From contig JAFTMB010000001.1 of assembly GCA_017452605.1 (NCBI GenBank), forward strand, positions 4,110 through 68,109: DNA of 64,000 nt, written 5' to 3'. Below the pieces are notes generated by a model. That model worked only from the letters and a program-made list of their open reading frames with translations, ran no database searches and had not been told where the DNA came from. Positions within the stretch are counted from its first letter, which is position 1; every line of letters begins with the position of its first letter. This DNA comes from Oscillospiraceae bacterium. Lineage in GTDB: Bacteria; Bacillota; Clostridia; Oscillospirales; Oscillospiraceae. This document shows, piece after piece, positions 46,555-56,440 of the stretch. The translations under genes and the position numbers were made by a program.

Positions 46555-47553
46555 TTACAACCAGTCTACATATTCGCTTTCCGTTTTCGGAATGCGGTGC
46601 AGCAGAGTTTCCACCACCTTGGAGGCGGGCACGCCTTCATACAAGACATTGTATGCCGCCCAGGTGATAGGCATCTCCACGCCCTGCTTTTTACCCAACT
46701 CCCATGCGGATTTGGCGGCGTAGTAGCCTTCCACCACTGCCCCCATTTCCTCCATGGCCTGCTGAGGATTTTTTCCCTGGCCAATCAAAATGCCCGCCCG
46801 GCGGTTCCGGGAGTGCATAGAGGTGCAGGTAACAATCAAATCGCCCACACCGGCAAGGCCTGCAAAGGTCTCCTTGCTGGCGCCAAGAGATACGCCCAGC
46901 CGGGCGATTTCCGTAAGACCCCGGGTCATCAGCATGGCCTTGGTGTTGTCGCCGTAGCCCAAGCCATCGGTAACGCCTGCACACAGCGCGATGACGTTTT
47001 TCAGCGCCGCGCCCAGTTCCGCGCCTACGGCATCGGGGCTGGTGTACACCCGCAGTGCGTCGCACACAAAGGCTTTTTGTACAAACTCAGCCAATTCCCG
47101 GTTGTCGCAGGCCGCCACACAGCCGGTGGGCAGCTCCAGCGCCACTTCCTCGGCGTGGCTGGGGCCGGTAAACACCACAACCTTGTGGTTGGTTTCTTCC
47201 TCAACCACCTGACTCATCCGCAGCTGGGTTCCGCTTTCAATGCCCTTGACCACGGAAACCACCACGGCATCCTTGTCAATATAAGGCGCTACATTCCGGC
47301 AGACTCCGCGAATGGGAAAAGACGGCGTGGCAATCACGACCATTTGGCAGCCGCTGACGCAGCTGTATTCCTCACTGATTTCCAATCCCTCCGGCAGCAC
47401 CGCGCCGGGCAGCCGGGGATTGACACGGTTCTCCCGCATTCCGGGAATCAAATCCTTCTCAAAGGACCAGAGCACCACCTGGTGTCCGTTTTTCTGCAGG
47501 CGAATCGCCAGAGCTGTGCCCCAGGCGCCGCTGCCTACCACTGCAACTTTCAT
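46555..47553 (-). CDS. gpsA: NAD(P)H-dependent glycerol-3-phosphate dehydrogenase
   Basis: GSGAWGTALA, KGIE, GPSHAEEV, ALKNVIA, GDLIVTC, SRNRR. Confidence 0.97.
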   Translation of the reverse strand: MKVAVVGSGAWGTALAIRLQKNGHQVVLWSFEKDLIPGMRENRVNPRLPGAVLPEGLEISEEYSCVSGCQMVVIATPSFPIRGVCRNVAPYIDKDAVVVSVVKGIESGTQLRMSQVVEEETNHKVVVFTGPSHAEEVALELPTGCVAACDNRELAEFVQKAFVCDALRVYTSPDAVGAELGAALKNVIALCAGVTDGLGYGDNTKAMLMTRGLTEIARLGVSLGASKETFAGLAGVGDLIVTCTSMHSRNRRAGILIGQGKNPQQAMEEMGAVVEGYYAAKSAWELGKKQGVEMPITWAAYNVLYEGVPASKVVETLLHRIPKTESEYVDWL

Positions 47554-47570
47554 AGGAACCATCCTTTCCC

Positions 47571-48206
47571 CTACGATTTATTTAAACCCCGGTGAATCAG
47601 ATGCACCTTGGATTCTGTGCCTTTGCACAGCCTTGCAATGTTGCCTCTGTGCATAAAAATAGCCAAAACACCCAGGGCTATGCCGCCGATCATCACCCAA
47701 ACCCGGTCATGATACAGCCACACAAACCCGGCAATATAGGTAAGCGCGCCCAAAACCGAGCTTAAACTCACATAGCGGGTAATGGCAAAGGTAATAACAA
47801 ATACGCCGAGAATCATAAGGCCGATTCTCCAGTCGATTACCATAGCTGCGGCAAAGCCACTGAGGATGCCCTTGCCGCCGCGGAAACCCAGAAGCACGGG
47901 AAAATCATGCCCCAGACTCACCGCCACAGCGCCCAGCATCATGCCCTCTTTGGAAAGTCCGTAGGGCTCCAACATCAAGCCGCCCATAAGGCAGGCCATG
48001 ACCGTCTTCACGCCATCGGTCAGCAGCACCAAGAGGGTGCTCCAGCTGCCGTAGCTGCGGAAAAAGTTGGTAAGTCCGGCATTTCCGCTGCCGTGGGTGC
48101 GGACATCCTCCCCCCTAAGCATATTGGAAATGCACACAGAGCCGTTGAGATTTCCCAGCAAATAGGAAACAAGGGCAATGACAAAAATGGGATATGCCAT
48201 GTTCAT
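47571..48206 (-). CDS. plsY: glycerol-3-phosphate acyltransferase
   Basis: SYLLG, DVRTHGSGNAG, GHDFP, FRGGKG, HRGNIARL. Confidence 0.95.
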   Translation of the reverse strand: MNMAYPIFVIALVSYLLGNLNGSVCISNMLRGEDVRTHGSGNAGLTNFFRSYGSWSTLLVLLTDGVKTVMACLMGGLMLEPYGLSKEGMMLGAVAVSLGHDFPVLLGFRGGKGILSGFAAAMVIDWRIGLMILGVFVITFAITRYVSLSSVLGALTYIAGFVWLYHDRVWVMIGGIALGVLAIFMHRGNIARLCKGTESKVHLIHRGLNKS

Positions 48207-49537
48207 CCGTCCTCCTTGTCGCCTTTCTGGCGAATGGTGATACGCACCGGCGTTCCGTGGAGGCCAAATACCTCACGAATCTGGTTTTCCAAATACCGCT
48301 GATAGGAAAAGTGGAAAAGCCGGGCATCGTTGCAGAAAATTACGAAATGAGGCGGCTTTGTGCTGGCCTGGGTCATGTAGTAAATTTTCAGCCTGCGGCC
48401 CTTGTCCGTAGGAGGCTGCACCCGGGCGGTGGCATCGGCAAGAACGCTGTTGAGCGCGCCGGTGGTAATCCGGCTGGTGTTCTGGGCGAATACCTCCTGA
48501 ATCACCTGAAACAGCCTATCCACCCGCTGACCGGTGAGTGCAGACAAAAATACCACCGGAGCATAGAGCATATAGCTCAGGCCGTTGCGTACATCCGCCT
48601 CTTTGTCACGCATAGTGTTGGTTTCCTTGTTTTCCACCGCGTCCCACTTGTTGACCACAATGATGGCCGCCTTGCCGGCCTCGTGGACAAGGCCTGCAAT
48701 CTTGGTATCCTGCTCGGTAACGCCTTCGTTGGCATCCACCAAAATCAGGCACACATCGCTGCGCTCGATGGCGTTGATGGTGCGCATATTGGAGAACTTT
48801 TCAATCTGGTCGTCCACCTTGCTCTTCCGGCGCATGCCGGCGGTGTCGATAAAGCAGTATTTTCCGGTTTCGTTTTCAAAGTAGGAGTCGATGGCGTCCC
48901 GGGTAGTGCCGGCGATGTTGGACACAATCACCCGCTCTTCCCCGATGATCCGGTTCAGCAGGCTGGATTTTCCCACATTGGGCTTACCAACAATGGCAAC
49001 CTTAATGACATCGCTTTCTTCTTCCTCGGCTTCCTCCTGGGGAATATTCTCCAGCACCCAGTCCAGCAGATCGCCGGTACCGTGGCCGTGAACTGCAGAG
49101 GTTTCAAACAAATCGCCAATACCCAGGCTGTAAAATTCATAGACATCCGGATTGACCGGGCCCACGCTGTCGCACTTATTCACCGCCAACGCCACGGGCT
49201 TTCCGGACTTTCGCAGCATGGTAGCCACATCCTGGTCCGCCGCCGTCACGCCGGAGCGGACATCTGTAACCATCACAATGCAATCCGCCAGCTCGATGCC
49301 GATTTCTGCCTGACGGCGCATAAACTTCAGCATATCGCTGTCAGTATTCGGCTCAATACCGCCGGTATCCACCAGAGAAAAGCTGCGGCCGCACCATTCA
49401 CAGTCGCCGTAAATCCGGTCCCGGGTCACGCCGGGAGTGTCCTCCACAATGGAGGTGCGGTGGCCGGTGAGCTTATTAAACAGCATAGACTTGCCCACAT
49501 TGGGTCTGCCAACAATGGCAACCAAAGGCTTTGCCAT
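48203..49537 (-). CDS. der: ribosome biogenesis GTPase Der (EngA)
   Basis: Two G-domains (GRPNVGKS/DTGG; GKPNVGKSS/DTAG), KH-like C-terminus. Confidence 0.98.
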   Translation of the reverse strand: MAKPLVAIVGRPNVGKSMLFNKLTGHRTSIVEDTPGVTRDRIYGDCEWCGRSFSLVDTGGIEPNTDSDMLKFMRRQAEIGIELADCIVMVTDVRSGVTAADQDVATMLRKSGKPVALAVNKCDSVGPVNPDVYEFYSLGIGDLFETSAVHGHGTGDLLDWVLENIPQEEAEEEESDVIKVAIVGKPNVGKSSLLNRIIGEERVIVSNIAGTTRDAIDSYFENETGKYCFIDTAGMRRKSKVDDQIEKFSNMRTINAIERSDVCLILVDANEGVTEQDTKIAGLVHEAGKAAIIVVNKWDAVENKETNTMRDKEADVRNGLSYMLYAPVVFLSALTGQRVDRLFQVIQEVFAQNTSRITTGALNSVLADATARVQPPTDKGRRLKIYYMTQASTKPPHFVIFCNDARLFHFSYQRYLENQIREVFGLHGTPVRITIRQKGDKEDG

Positions 49538-49709
49538 AATATACGCTCCTTTCTTCACAAAGGAATTCCATTTCAATGTTATTTATTATTGCACAAAATC
49601 CGTGTAAAATCAACGGCTGGACGCCACTTTACAGGAAATTAACAATTCAAAGCTTCCTCATAAAAAGGAAAAAGAGGAAGGCCACTGCCTTCCTCTTACA
49701 TTTCCTGCC

Positions 49710-49895
49710 TTAGTCAGCCTTGGCGGCCAGGACCTGACGGCCATTGTAGGAACCGCAAGCCTTGCAAGCTCTATGAGGCATGACGGGTTCGCCGCACTTG
49801 GGGCAAACAGACACGCTGGGAGCGGACAGCTTCCAGTTGCCGCCACGGCGCTTATCGCGACGGGCCTTGGATACTTTACACTTAGGGACAGCCAT
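49710..49895 (-). CDS. rpmF: 50S ribosomal protein L32
   Basis: [30 protein letters not shown]. Confidence 0.97.
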   Translation of the reverse strand: MAVPKCKVSKARRDKRRGGNWKLSAPSVSVCPKCGEPVMPHRACKACGSYNGRQVLAAKAD

Positions 49896-49947
49896 GGATG
49901 ACACCTCCTTGGTCAAACTGCTTTTCAAACAGCATTCATTTACGTTT

Positions 49948-50448
49948 TTACTTCTCGAGAAGCTGCTTTAAAGCAGCAAAACGGGGATCTATCTCTTTTT
50001 GACAGCCACACGGGCCCTCATTCAGATTTTTTCCGCACCGGCAGCACAGACCCTTGCAATCAGGGCTGCACAGCAGCTTGGAATCCAAATTCAGCACAAA
50101 CAGCGTACGCACGATGTCGTCCAAATCCGCGCTGTCTCCCTCCAGAGGGAAGATCCTCTCATCTTCGTTATCTTCGTTGCTCAGCTCTGTTACCAACACC
50201 ACATCAATGGGAATGTTCACTTCCCGGTCGAAAGGATCGGCGCAGCGATCGCACACACCGTGAATGGTGGTTTGGATCGCGCCTGTCATCACCAGAACAC
50301 CTGCGGTGTTTCTGACAGTGCCACCGGCCAAAACCGGCTCGCTGACAGGGTAGCTGCTGCCATAACGAAGGTCACTTAGATCCACACTGGTAGAAAAGGA
50401 AACTTGCTCGCCCGGCATATCCATTATCTTTGCAAGCGCCAGAAGCAT
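49948..50448 (-). CDS. yceD: YceD/DUF177 family protein
   Basis: [29 protein letters not shown], upstream of rpmF. Confidence 0.92.
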   Translation of the reverse strand: MLLALAKIMDMPGEQVSFSTSVDLSDLRYGSSYPVSEPVLAGGTVRNTAGVLVMTGAIQTTIHGVCDRCADPFDREVNIPIDVVLVTELSNEDNEDERIFPLEGDSADLDDIVRTLFVLNLDSKLLCSPDCKGLCCRCGKNLNEGPCGCQKEIDPRFAALKQLLEK

Positions 50449-50616
50449 AGTTATCCCCCTCTTCGCAGTCATGCTTAGATATTATATAGGCTTTTGCGGC
50501 ATTTGTCAAACATTATTTTTCCAAAATTCCAGCAAAAATCTTAAGGATTTTCCGTCATCTTACCATATTTTTCTGAAAGATTGTCCGCCCTTGCCCCAAC
50601 AAACTTCTTTCCCCGG

Positions 50617-50645
50617 TTCTATTTGCTGCGAAGCGGACATACCCT
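50617..50645 (+). promoter_or_regulatory. putative sigmaE promoter of spoIVA
   Basis: TTCTATTT-13 nt-CATACCCT. spoIVA is sigmaE-dependent in Bacillus and Clostridium. Confidence 0.6.
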
Positions 50646-50697
50646 TTGGTAGACCATGGCAGGAGCCTTTCCCTCCTGCCGGATGAGGAGGCTGGCT

Positions 50698-52161
50698 ATG
50701 GATAACATCTATGCAGACATCGCCGCCAGAACCGGCGGCAATATTTATGTGGGGGTTGTCGGCCCTGTTCGCACCGGCAAATCCACATTTATCAAGCGAT
50801 TTATGGAGGAGCTGGTAATTCCCGGCATTGACGACCCCTACCGCAAGGAACGGGCAAGGGATGAGCTGCCCCAAAGCGGCAGCGGAAAAACCATTATGAC
50901 TTCAGAGCCCAAATTCGTACCGGAGGAGGCGGTGGAGATCTCCCCCGACGGCACGGTGCGTCTGCGGGTGCGGATGATCGACTCCGTGGGCTACATGGTA
51001 GACGGCGCGGTGGGCGCCGAGGAAGACGGCGTTCCCCGCATGGTCACCACCCCTTGGTATGACCATGAAATCCCCATGACCCAGGCGGCGGAGCTGGGCA
51101 CAAAAAAGGTGATGGATGAGCATTGCTCCATTGGTTTGGTAATTACCACTGACGCAACTGTCACCGACATTCCCAGAGCCGACTATTTGCAGGCGGAAGA
51201 GCGGGCAATTCGGGACATGAAAGCCACAGGAAAGCCCTTCCTTGTGATTGTCAACTCCCGCAATCCGGGAGGCGACGGCGCCCGGCAGGTACAGCAGGCT
51301 ATTTTGGAAGCGCATGGGGTAAACGCCATCATCGCCGACTGTCAAGCCATGGACAAAGCTGACATTCAGCAGCTGCTGACAGACCTTTTATACGCGTTTC
51401 CCATGGGGCAAATCAACATTCACATGCCCCGGTGGCTGGATAGCCTGCCCCCGGAGCATCCCGTCCGCTCCGCCCTTCAGGACACTCTCCTGGCGCAGGC
51501 AAAGAAAATCACCACTCTCTCCCAGGCCGAGGCGGCTCTTGAGCCCATCGCCCAGCTGGAGCAGGTGCAGGATTTCTCTATCCGTAACATTGACCTGGCT
51601 ACCGGCACCATTACCTGCAATCTGACCCTGCCGGAAAGTCTGTTCTATGAAATCCTCAGCAGCCAGGCGGGCATTCCCATCCAAACCGACGCCCAGCTGA
51701 TGGCGCTTCTGACAGAGCTGAGCGCCGTCAAGCGGGAATATGATAAGATTTCCGACGCCCTGGCCTGCGTCAAATCCACCGGCTACGGCGTGGTGATGCC
51801 CAGCGCAGAGGAGATGAAGCTGGAGCCGCCGGAGCTATTGCGGAAAAACGGCTCTTTCGGCGTCAAGCTGAAAGCCGGCGCCCCTTCCATCCACATGATC
51901 CGGGTGGATATTGACACAGAAATTTCCCCCATGGTGGGCGGCGAGCAGCAATCCCAGGAGCTGATTACTTATCTGACCGGGGAAAACCCCGACCGGCTGT
52001 GGGAAAGCAACATTTTCGGAAAAAGCGTGTATGAGCTGATCCGGGAGGGGCTAAACGCCAAGGTGGTAAGTCTTCCGGAGGATGTTCGCGCCAAATTCCG
52101 GGGAAGCCTCAGCCGGATTGTCAACGAAGGGGCAACGGGCCTGATTTGCCTCATTCTGTAA
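50698..52161 (+). CDS. spoIVA: stage IV sporulation protein A
   Basis: IYADIAARTGGNIYVGVVGPVRTGKSTFIKRFM, RARDELPQSG, NIFGKS, GLICLIL. Confidence 0.97.
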   Translation: MDNIYADIAARTGGNIYVGVVGPVRTGKSTFIKRFMEELVIPGIDDPYRKERARDELPQSGSGKTIMTSEPKFVPEEAVEISPDGTVRLRVRMIDSVGYMVDGAVGAEEDGVPRMVTTPWYDHEIPMTQAAELGTKKVMDEHCSIGLVITTDATVTDIPRADYLQAEERAIRDMKATGKPFLVIVNSRNPGGDGARQVQQAILEAHGVNAIIADCQAMDKADIQQLLTDLLYAFPMGQINIHMPRWLDSLPPEHPVRSALQDTLLAQAKKITTLSQAEAALEPIAQLEQVQDFSIRNIDLATGTITCNLTLPESLFYEILSSQAGIPIQTDAQLMALLTELSAVKREYDKISDALACVKSTGYGVVMPSAEEMKLEPPELLRKNGSFGVKLKAGAPSIHMIRVDIDTEISPMVGGEQQSQELITYLTGENPDRLWESNIFGKSVYELIREGLNAKVVSLPEDVRAKFRGSLSRIVNEGATGLICLIL

Positions 52162-52292
52162 CCCATTCTCTCCCTCCGCCAAATTCTTTGGCAGAGGGAG
52201 TTCTTTTTTGAAAATTTTCCCTCATTCTCCCTTTACCCACGGGTAAATTTGTGGTACAATATATGAAATATTACTTTTTTCGGGAGAACGCT

Positions 52293-55073
52293 ATGAAACT
52301 GCCCAGATTACCAAAAATCAAATGGAATTACACCGCCATGTCTTTCCTCCTCCCCTTCCTCGGCATGATGGGATTGATGCTCGTTTGCGGTTACATTCCC
52401 TTTTCCAACGAAAAATCCATGCTGTATTCGGATATGTGGCACCAGTACTATCCCTTCTTCCGGGATTTCCGCAGCAATCTTCTCAACGGAGACGGTCTGC
52501 TTTATAACTGGAGCATCGGCATGGGCCTTGACTATCTGGGCCTGATTTCCTACTATCTGGCTTCCCCGCTGAACCTGCTGTGCCTGCTAGTTCCCGAGAG
52601 CCTGACACTGCACCTTTTTGCCCTTTTGATGCCCCTGAAGCTGGGTCTTGCGGGATTGTTCTTTGCCATTTTCCTCAAGGGCGTTTTTGGTAAGAATGAT
52701 TTATCCATCTGCCTGTTCAGCGGCTTTTACGCCCTGTGCGCATGGGCGCTGGGTTATCAGTGGAATGTGATGTGGCTCGACAGTTTTGCCCTGCTTCCTC
52801 TGGTGGCTCTGGGCACTGTCCGGTTGCTGAAAGACCAAAAGTATATTCTCTACACCGTTTCTCTGTTTTTCGCCATTTTCGCCAACTACTACATTGGCTT
52901 TTTCGTTTGCATTTTCGTGCTGCTGACGTTCATCTGCTACCAGATTTGCCGGTGCAAGAGCGCAAAAGCCTTTTTCAGCGACCTGCTGCGTATCGCCCTG
53001 TTTTCCGCGCTGGCCATCGGCATGACCGCCGTGCTGGAGCTTCCTGCTTTGTCAGCGCTGCAAACCACCCAAAGCAGTGTCAACACCTTCCCGGATTACT
53101 TCTCCCTCAACATTGTGGATTATGACCTGTGCGCCGCAGCCCGGGATGCCTGGGATGCTTTCAAGGCCGCCAAGGAAACCGGCGAGGGCAATCTCATTGT
53201 CCTTTGGCTGACGGCTATGAAGGAGTCCTTCCCACCCATTTTCTCCGCTATGAAAGAGGTTGTGGGCAACATGAACGGCGGCCTGACTCCCACCTTGAAA
53301 GAGGGCCTTCCCAATCTGTACACCGGCGTGGGAACCACCTTCCTTGCCTTTTTGTTCCTCACCGCCAAGCGGGTAAAGCTGCGGGACAAGATTTGCAGTG
53401 TGGTTTTGCTGCTGTTTTTCATGCTCAGCTTTATCATCCGGCAGTTAGACTATATCTGGCACGGCTTCCACTTCACCAACATGATTCCCTACCGGTTCAG
53501 CTTCCTTTACAGCTTTGTTCTGCTGTATATGGCCTACCGGGCATTCCTGCTTCGCAACACCTTCAAGCCCTGGCATCTGCTCACTGCTGGCATTTTAAGC
53601 TTCGGCGTCATCTTATGCTCCGAGCAAACCGATGACCTTATTTTCCTGGTGTACAACGGCGTATTTTTCCTGCTGTATTTCGGCATTCTGTTCTTCTACA
53701 ATCTGGAATTTCCCATCCCGGAAGACGCCAACCGCGACACCCTGCGCCGCATCCTTTCCCAGCGGAAAATGCGCCGCAGCTTCGCAGGCGGCGCCCTTGC
53801 GCTGACCATGTTCCTGGAGCTGGTTGTAAATGTGGCCAACTTCGGTGTCAATTTCCCCTACACCGGCATTAACAATTACCCCCAGGGCACCGAAAACACC
53901 GCCTCCATGATTCGTTATATGCTGGAGGATGACAGCCCCTTCTATCGGGCGGAAACCACCCACTCCCAGACCTTGAACGACGGCGCATTAAACGGCTACA
54001 ACGGCATCTCCGCCTTTACCAGCTCCGCCAATGTAAAGGTCACCGAATTCATGGAGCATCTGGGTTACGGCGCCAAGAATACCTACAACCGCTATTGCTT
54101 TGAGGAAAGCTCCCCGGTGGCTAATCTGTTCTTAAACCTGAAGTATATGCTTGAGCGCAATGCTCAGGTGGAGGAAAATCCCTATTTTACCACCAAGCAC
54201 AGCTACAATAATGTATACCTGCTGGAAAACAACAACTATCTCCCCCTGGGCTTCCTGGCGGAAAACGCCCTTCGTGAATTTGGTTTCCACAACTACGGCG
54301 GCGCCTTTGTGCTGCAGAACTATCTGTTCTCCGCCGCAACCGGCGCGGCGCTGGATGTCTGGCGCACCGATTTTTCCAACATTCTCACCATTGAATCCAG
54401 CGGCACCAACATCACCAACCAAACCATTACCGGCTTTGTCGCCTACGAAAAGAGTCCCAGCGCCAGCACCTTGATTTACCGCTATGAAATGGACGAAACC
54501 GGCTTCCTTTGCCTGGATTTGACCATGTCTGCCGGCAACACCTTCACTGTGTGGAAAAACGACAAGCAGCTTTACAGCGAAAACATCGGCCTGCCCCAGA
54601 CCCTTTCTGTGTGCCAGGTGCGGCCCGGCGACATCATCGAGCTGAAGATTACCATCAAATCAGACACCTCCGGCAACATTACTGTTCGCCCCGGTCTTCT
54701 CAACGACGCTGTTTTCCAGGAGGGCTATGAGGTTCTTGCCGCATCCACCCTGGACATCACCGAATTTTCCAGCACCAAGGTAACCGGCAGCATCGACTGC
54801 AACCGGGACGGCCTGCTTTACACCTCTATTCCCCAGGACGGCAACTGGTCTGTCACCGTCGACGGCAAGCCCACAAGAATCACCCTGGTGGGTGACGCGA
54901 TGATTGCCGTGAATCTTACCAAGGGCGAGCATGATGTGGTATTTACCTACCGCAACCGGGCCTTTGAAACGGGTCTTACCGTTTCCCTCGCCTGCCTGTT
55001 CATCTTCCTTTCCGTGATTGTCATTGACAACTATCCCAAGTTCAAGGATAGGCTCCCCAAGTTCAAGAAATAA
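52293..55073 (+). CDS. YfhO-family GT-C membrane glycosyltransferase
   Basis: SDMWHQYYPF, YYLASP, NYYIG, PYRFSF, SIPQDGNW..VDGK, many TM segments. Confidence 0.88.
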   Translation: MKLPRLPKIKWNYTAMSFLLPFLGMMGLMLVCGYIPFSNEKSMLYSDMWHQYYPFFRDFRSNLLNGDGLLYNWSIGMGLDYLGLISYYLASPLNLLCLLVPESLTLHLFALLMPLKLGLAGLFFAIFLKGVFGKNDLSICLFSGFYALCAWALGYQWNVMWLDSFALLPLVALGTVRLLKDQKYILYTVSLFFAIFANYYIGFFVCIFVLLTFICYQICRCKSAKAFFSDLLRIALFSALAIGMTAVLELPALSALQTTQSSVNTFPDYFSLNIVDYDLCAAARDAWDAFKAAKETGEGNLIVLWLTAMKESFPPIFSAMKEVVGNMNGGLTPTLKEGLPNLYTGVGTTFLAFLFLTAKRVKLRDKICSVVLLLFFMLSFIIRQLDYIWHGFHFTNMIPYRFSFLYSFVLLYMAYRAFLLRNTFKPWHLLTAGILSFGVILCSEQTDDLIFLVYNGVFFLLYFGILFFYNLEFPIPEDANRDTLRRILSQRKMRRSFAGGALALTMFLELVVNVANFGVNFPYTGINNYPQGTENTASMIRYMLEDDSPFYRAETTHSQTLNDGALNGYNGISAFTSSANVKVTEFMEHLGYGAKNTYNRYCFEESSPVANLFLNLKYMLERNAQVEENPYFTTKHSYNNVYLLENNNYLPLGFLAENALREFGFHNYGGAFVLQNYLFSAATGAALDVWRTDFSNILTIESSGTNITNQTITGFVAYEKSPSASTLIYRYEMDETGFLCLDLTMSAGNTFTVWKNDKQLYSENIGLPQTLSVCQVRPGDIIELKITIKSDTSGNITVRPGLLNDAVFQEGYEVLAASTLDITEFSSTKVTGSIDCNRDGLLYTSIPQDGNWSVTVDGKPTRITLVGDAMIAVNLTKGEHDVVFTYRNRAFETGLTVSLACLFIFLSVIVIDNYPKFKDRLPKFKK

Positions 55074-55180
55074 CCCTTATTGCCGCAGGATATTTTCTTC
55101 CTGCGGCAATGTTTTTTTCTTGTAATTTTTTACGGCTGTGCTATACTGTGTAGGATAGTATTTTCTTTGGAGGAATCCCC

Positions 55181-56413
55181 ATGGAGTATTCAAAGCTTCT
55201 GGATCTGGCTACAAACCTTGGCTATGAGCTTGCCATGTGCGGCGCGGAAACCTTTCGGGTGGAGGAAAGCATCGTCCGGGTTTTGAAGTCTTATGATATT
55301 GAGGCGGAGGCCTTCGCTATTCCCAACTGCATGCACATCAGCATTGAGCCGGTGGTGGGAAGACCCCTGACCCGGATGCGGCGCATCGGCAGCCACGGCA
55401 TTGATTTGGACGCGGTGGAAAAGCTTTCCAATCTTTCCAGGCGCATTTGCAAAGAACGGCCCGACCCGGAAATTGCTGCCAAATGGCTTGCCGAGACCAA
55501 AGCCCAGTTCAAAGCCTACCGTTTCCCCATGTACATGATAGGAAACTTCCTGGGCGCCTTTGGCTTTACCTTCCTCTTCGGCGGCAGCTTTGTAGACGCT
55601 CTGCTCTCCGGCTGCTGCGGCCTTTTGGTGGGCGTCATTACCTGGTTTATGGATAAGCTGGGCGCCAACCAGCTGTTTCGCACCATTGCCGCCGCCTTTC
55701 CTATGGCGCTGGCCGCTTACATTATGGGAAAACTGAGACTTGCAGGCAATGTTGACGCTGTCATCATCGGCGCGCTGATGCTTCTTGTGCCGGGCTTGCT
55801 GTTTACCGACGGCATGCGCGACATCATTTTCGGCGACACCAACTCCGGCGTCAACCGGATTGTTCAGGTGCTTCTGATTGCCGTAGGCCTTGCCCTTGGC
55901 ACCGCCGCTGCCTGGACCTGCGCCGCCGCCTTGTGGGGCGCACCGGCTGAGGGCATCGCATGCAGCTACACCGTCTTGCAGCAGTGCCTGCCCGCCTTTA
56001 TCGCCTGCATCGGATTCGGTCTGCTGTTTAACATCCATGGCGCAGGCATGATTCTGTGCGCTCTGGGCGGCGTACTCAGCTGGGTGGTATACCAGGACCT
56101 AGTCATACTGGGCGCAGGCGATATTTCCGCCTATTTTCTGGCAGCGCTGACAGCATCTATCTACTCCGAAGCCATGGCCCGCATTCGAAAATATCCCGCC
56201 ATTTCCTATTTGGTGGTTTCTCTGTTCCCGCTGATTCCCGGCGCAGGCGTTTATTACACCATGAGCCACGCCATTCACTCCCGCATGGATGAATTTGTCA
56301 CTCAGGGAATGCACACCGCCGCCATCGCCGGCATTCTCGCCGTGGGCATTTTGCTGGTATCCACCACCGTCCGGCTGTATTCCACCTGGAAGCGCCGGAA
56401 AAATGCTACTTAA
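55181..56413 (+). CDS. threonine/serine exporter (fused ThrE/ThrE_2)
   Basis: GAETFRVEES, LLVPG, PLIPG, about 10 TM segments. Confidence 0.88.
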   Translation: MEYSKLLDLATNLGYELAMCGAETFRVEESIVRVLKSYDIEAEAFAIPNCMHISIEPVVGRPLTRMRRIGSHGIDLDAVEKLSNLSRRICKERPDPEIAAKWLAETKAQFKAYRFPMYMIGNFLGAFGFTFLFGGSFVDALLSGCCGLLVGVITWFMDKLGANQLFRTIAAAFPMALAAYIMGKLRLAGNVDAVIIGALMLLVPGLLFTDGMRDIIFGDTNSGVNRIVQVLLIAVGLALGTAAAWTCAAALWGAPAEGIACSYTVLQQCLPAFIACIGFGLLFNIHGAGMILCALGGVLSWVVYQDLVILGAGDISAYFLAALTASIYSEAMARIRKYPAISYLVVSLFPLIPGAGVYYTMSHAIHSRMDEFVTQGMHTAAIAGILAVGILLVSTTVRLYSTWKRRKNAT

Positions 56414-56440
56414 AAATCCCAACATTACAAGGAGAATCCC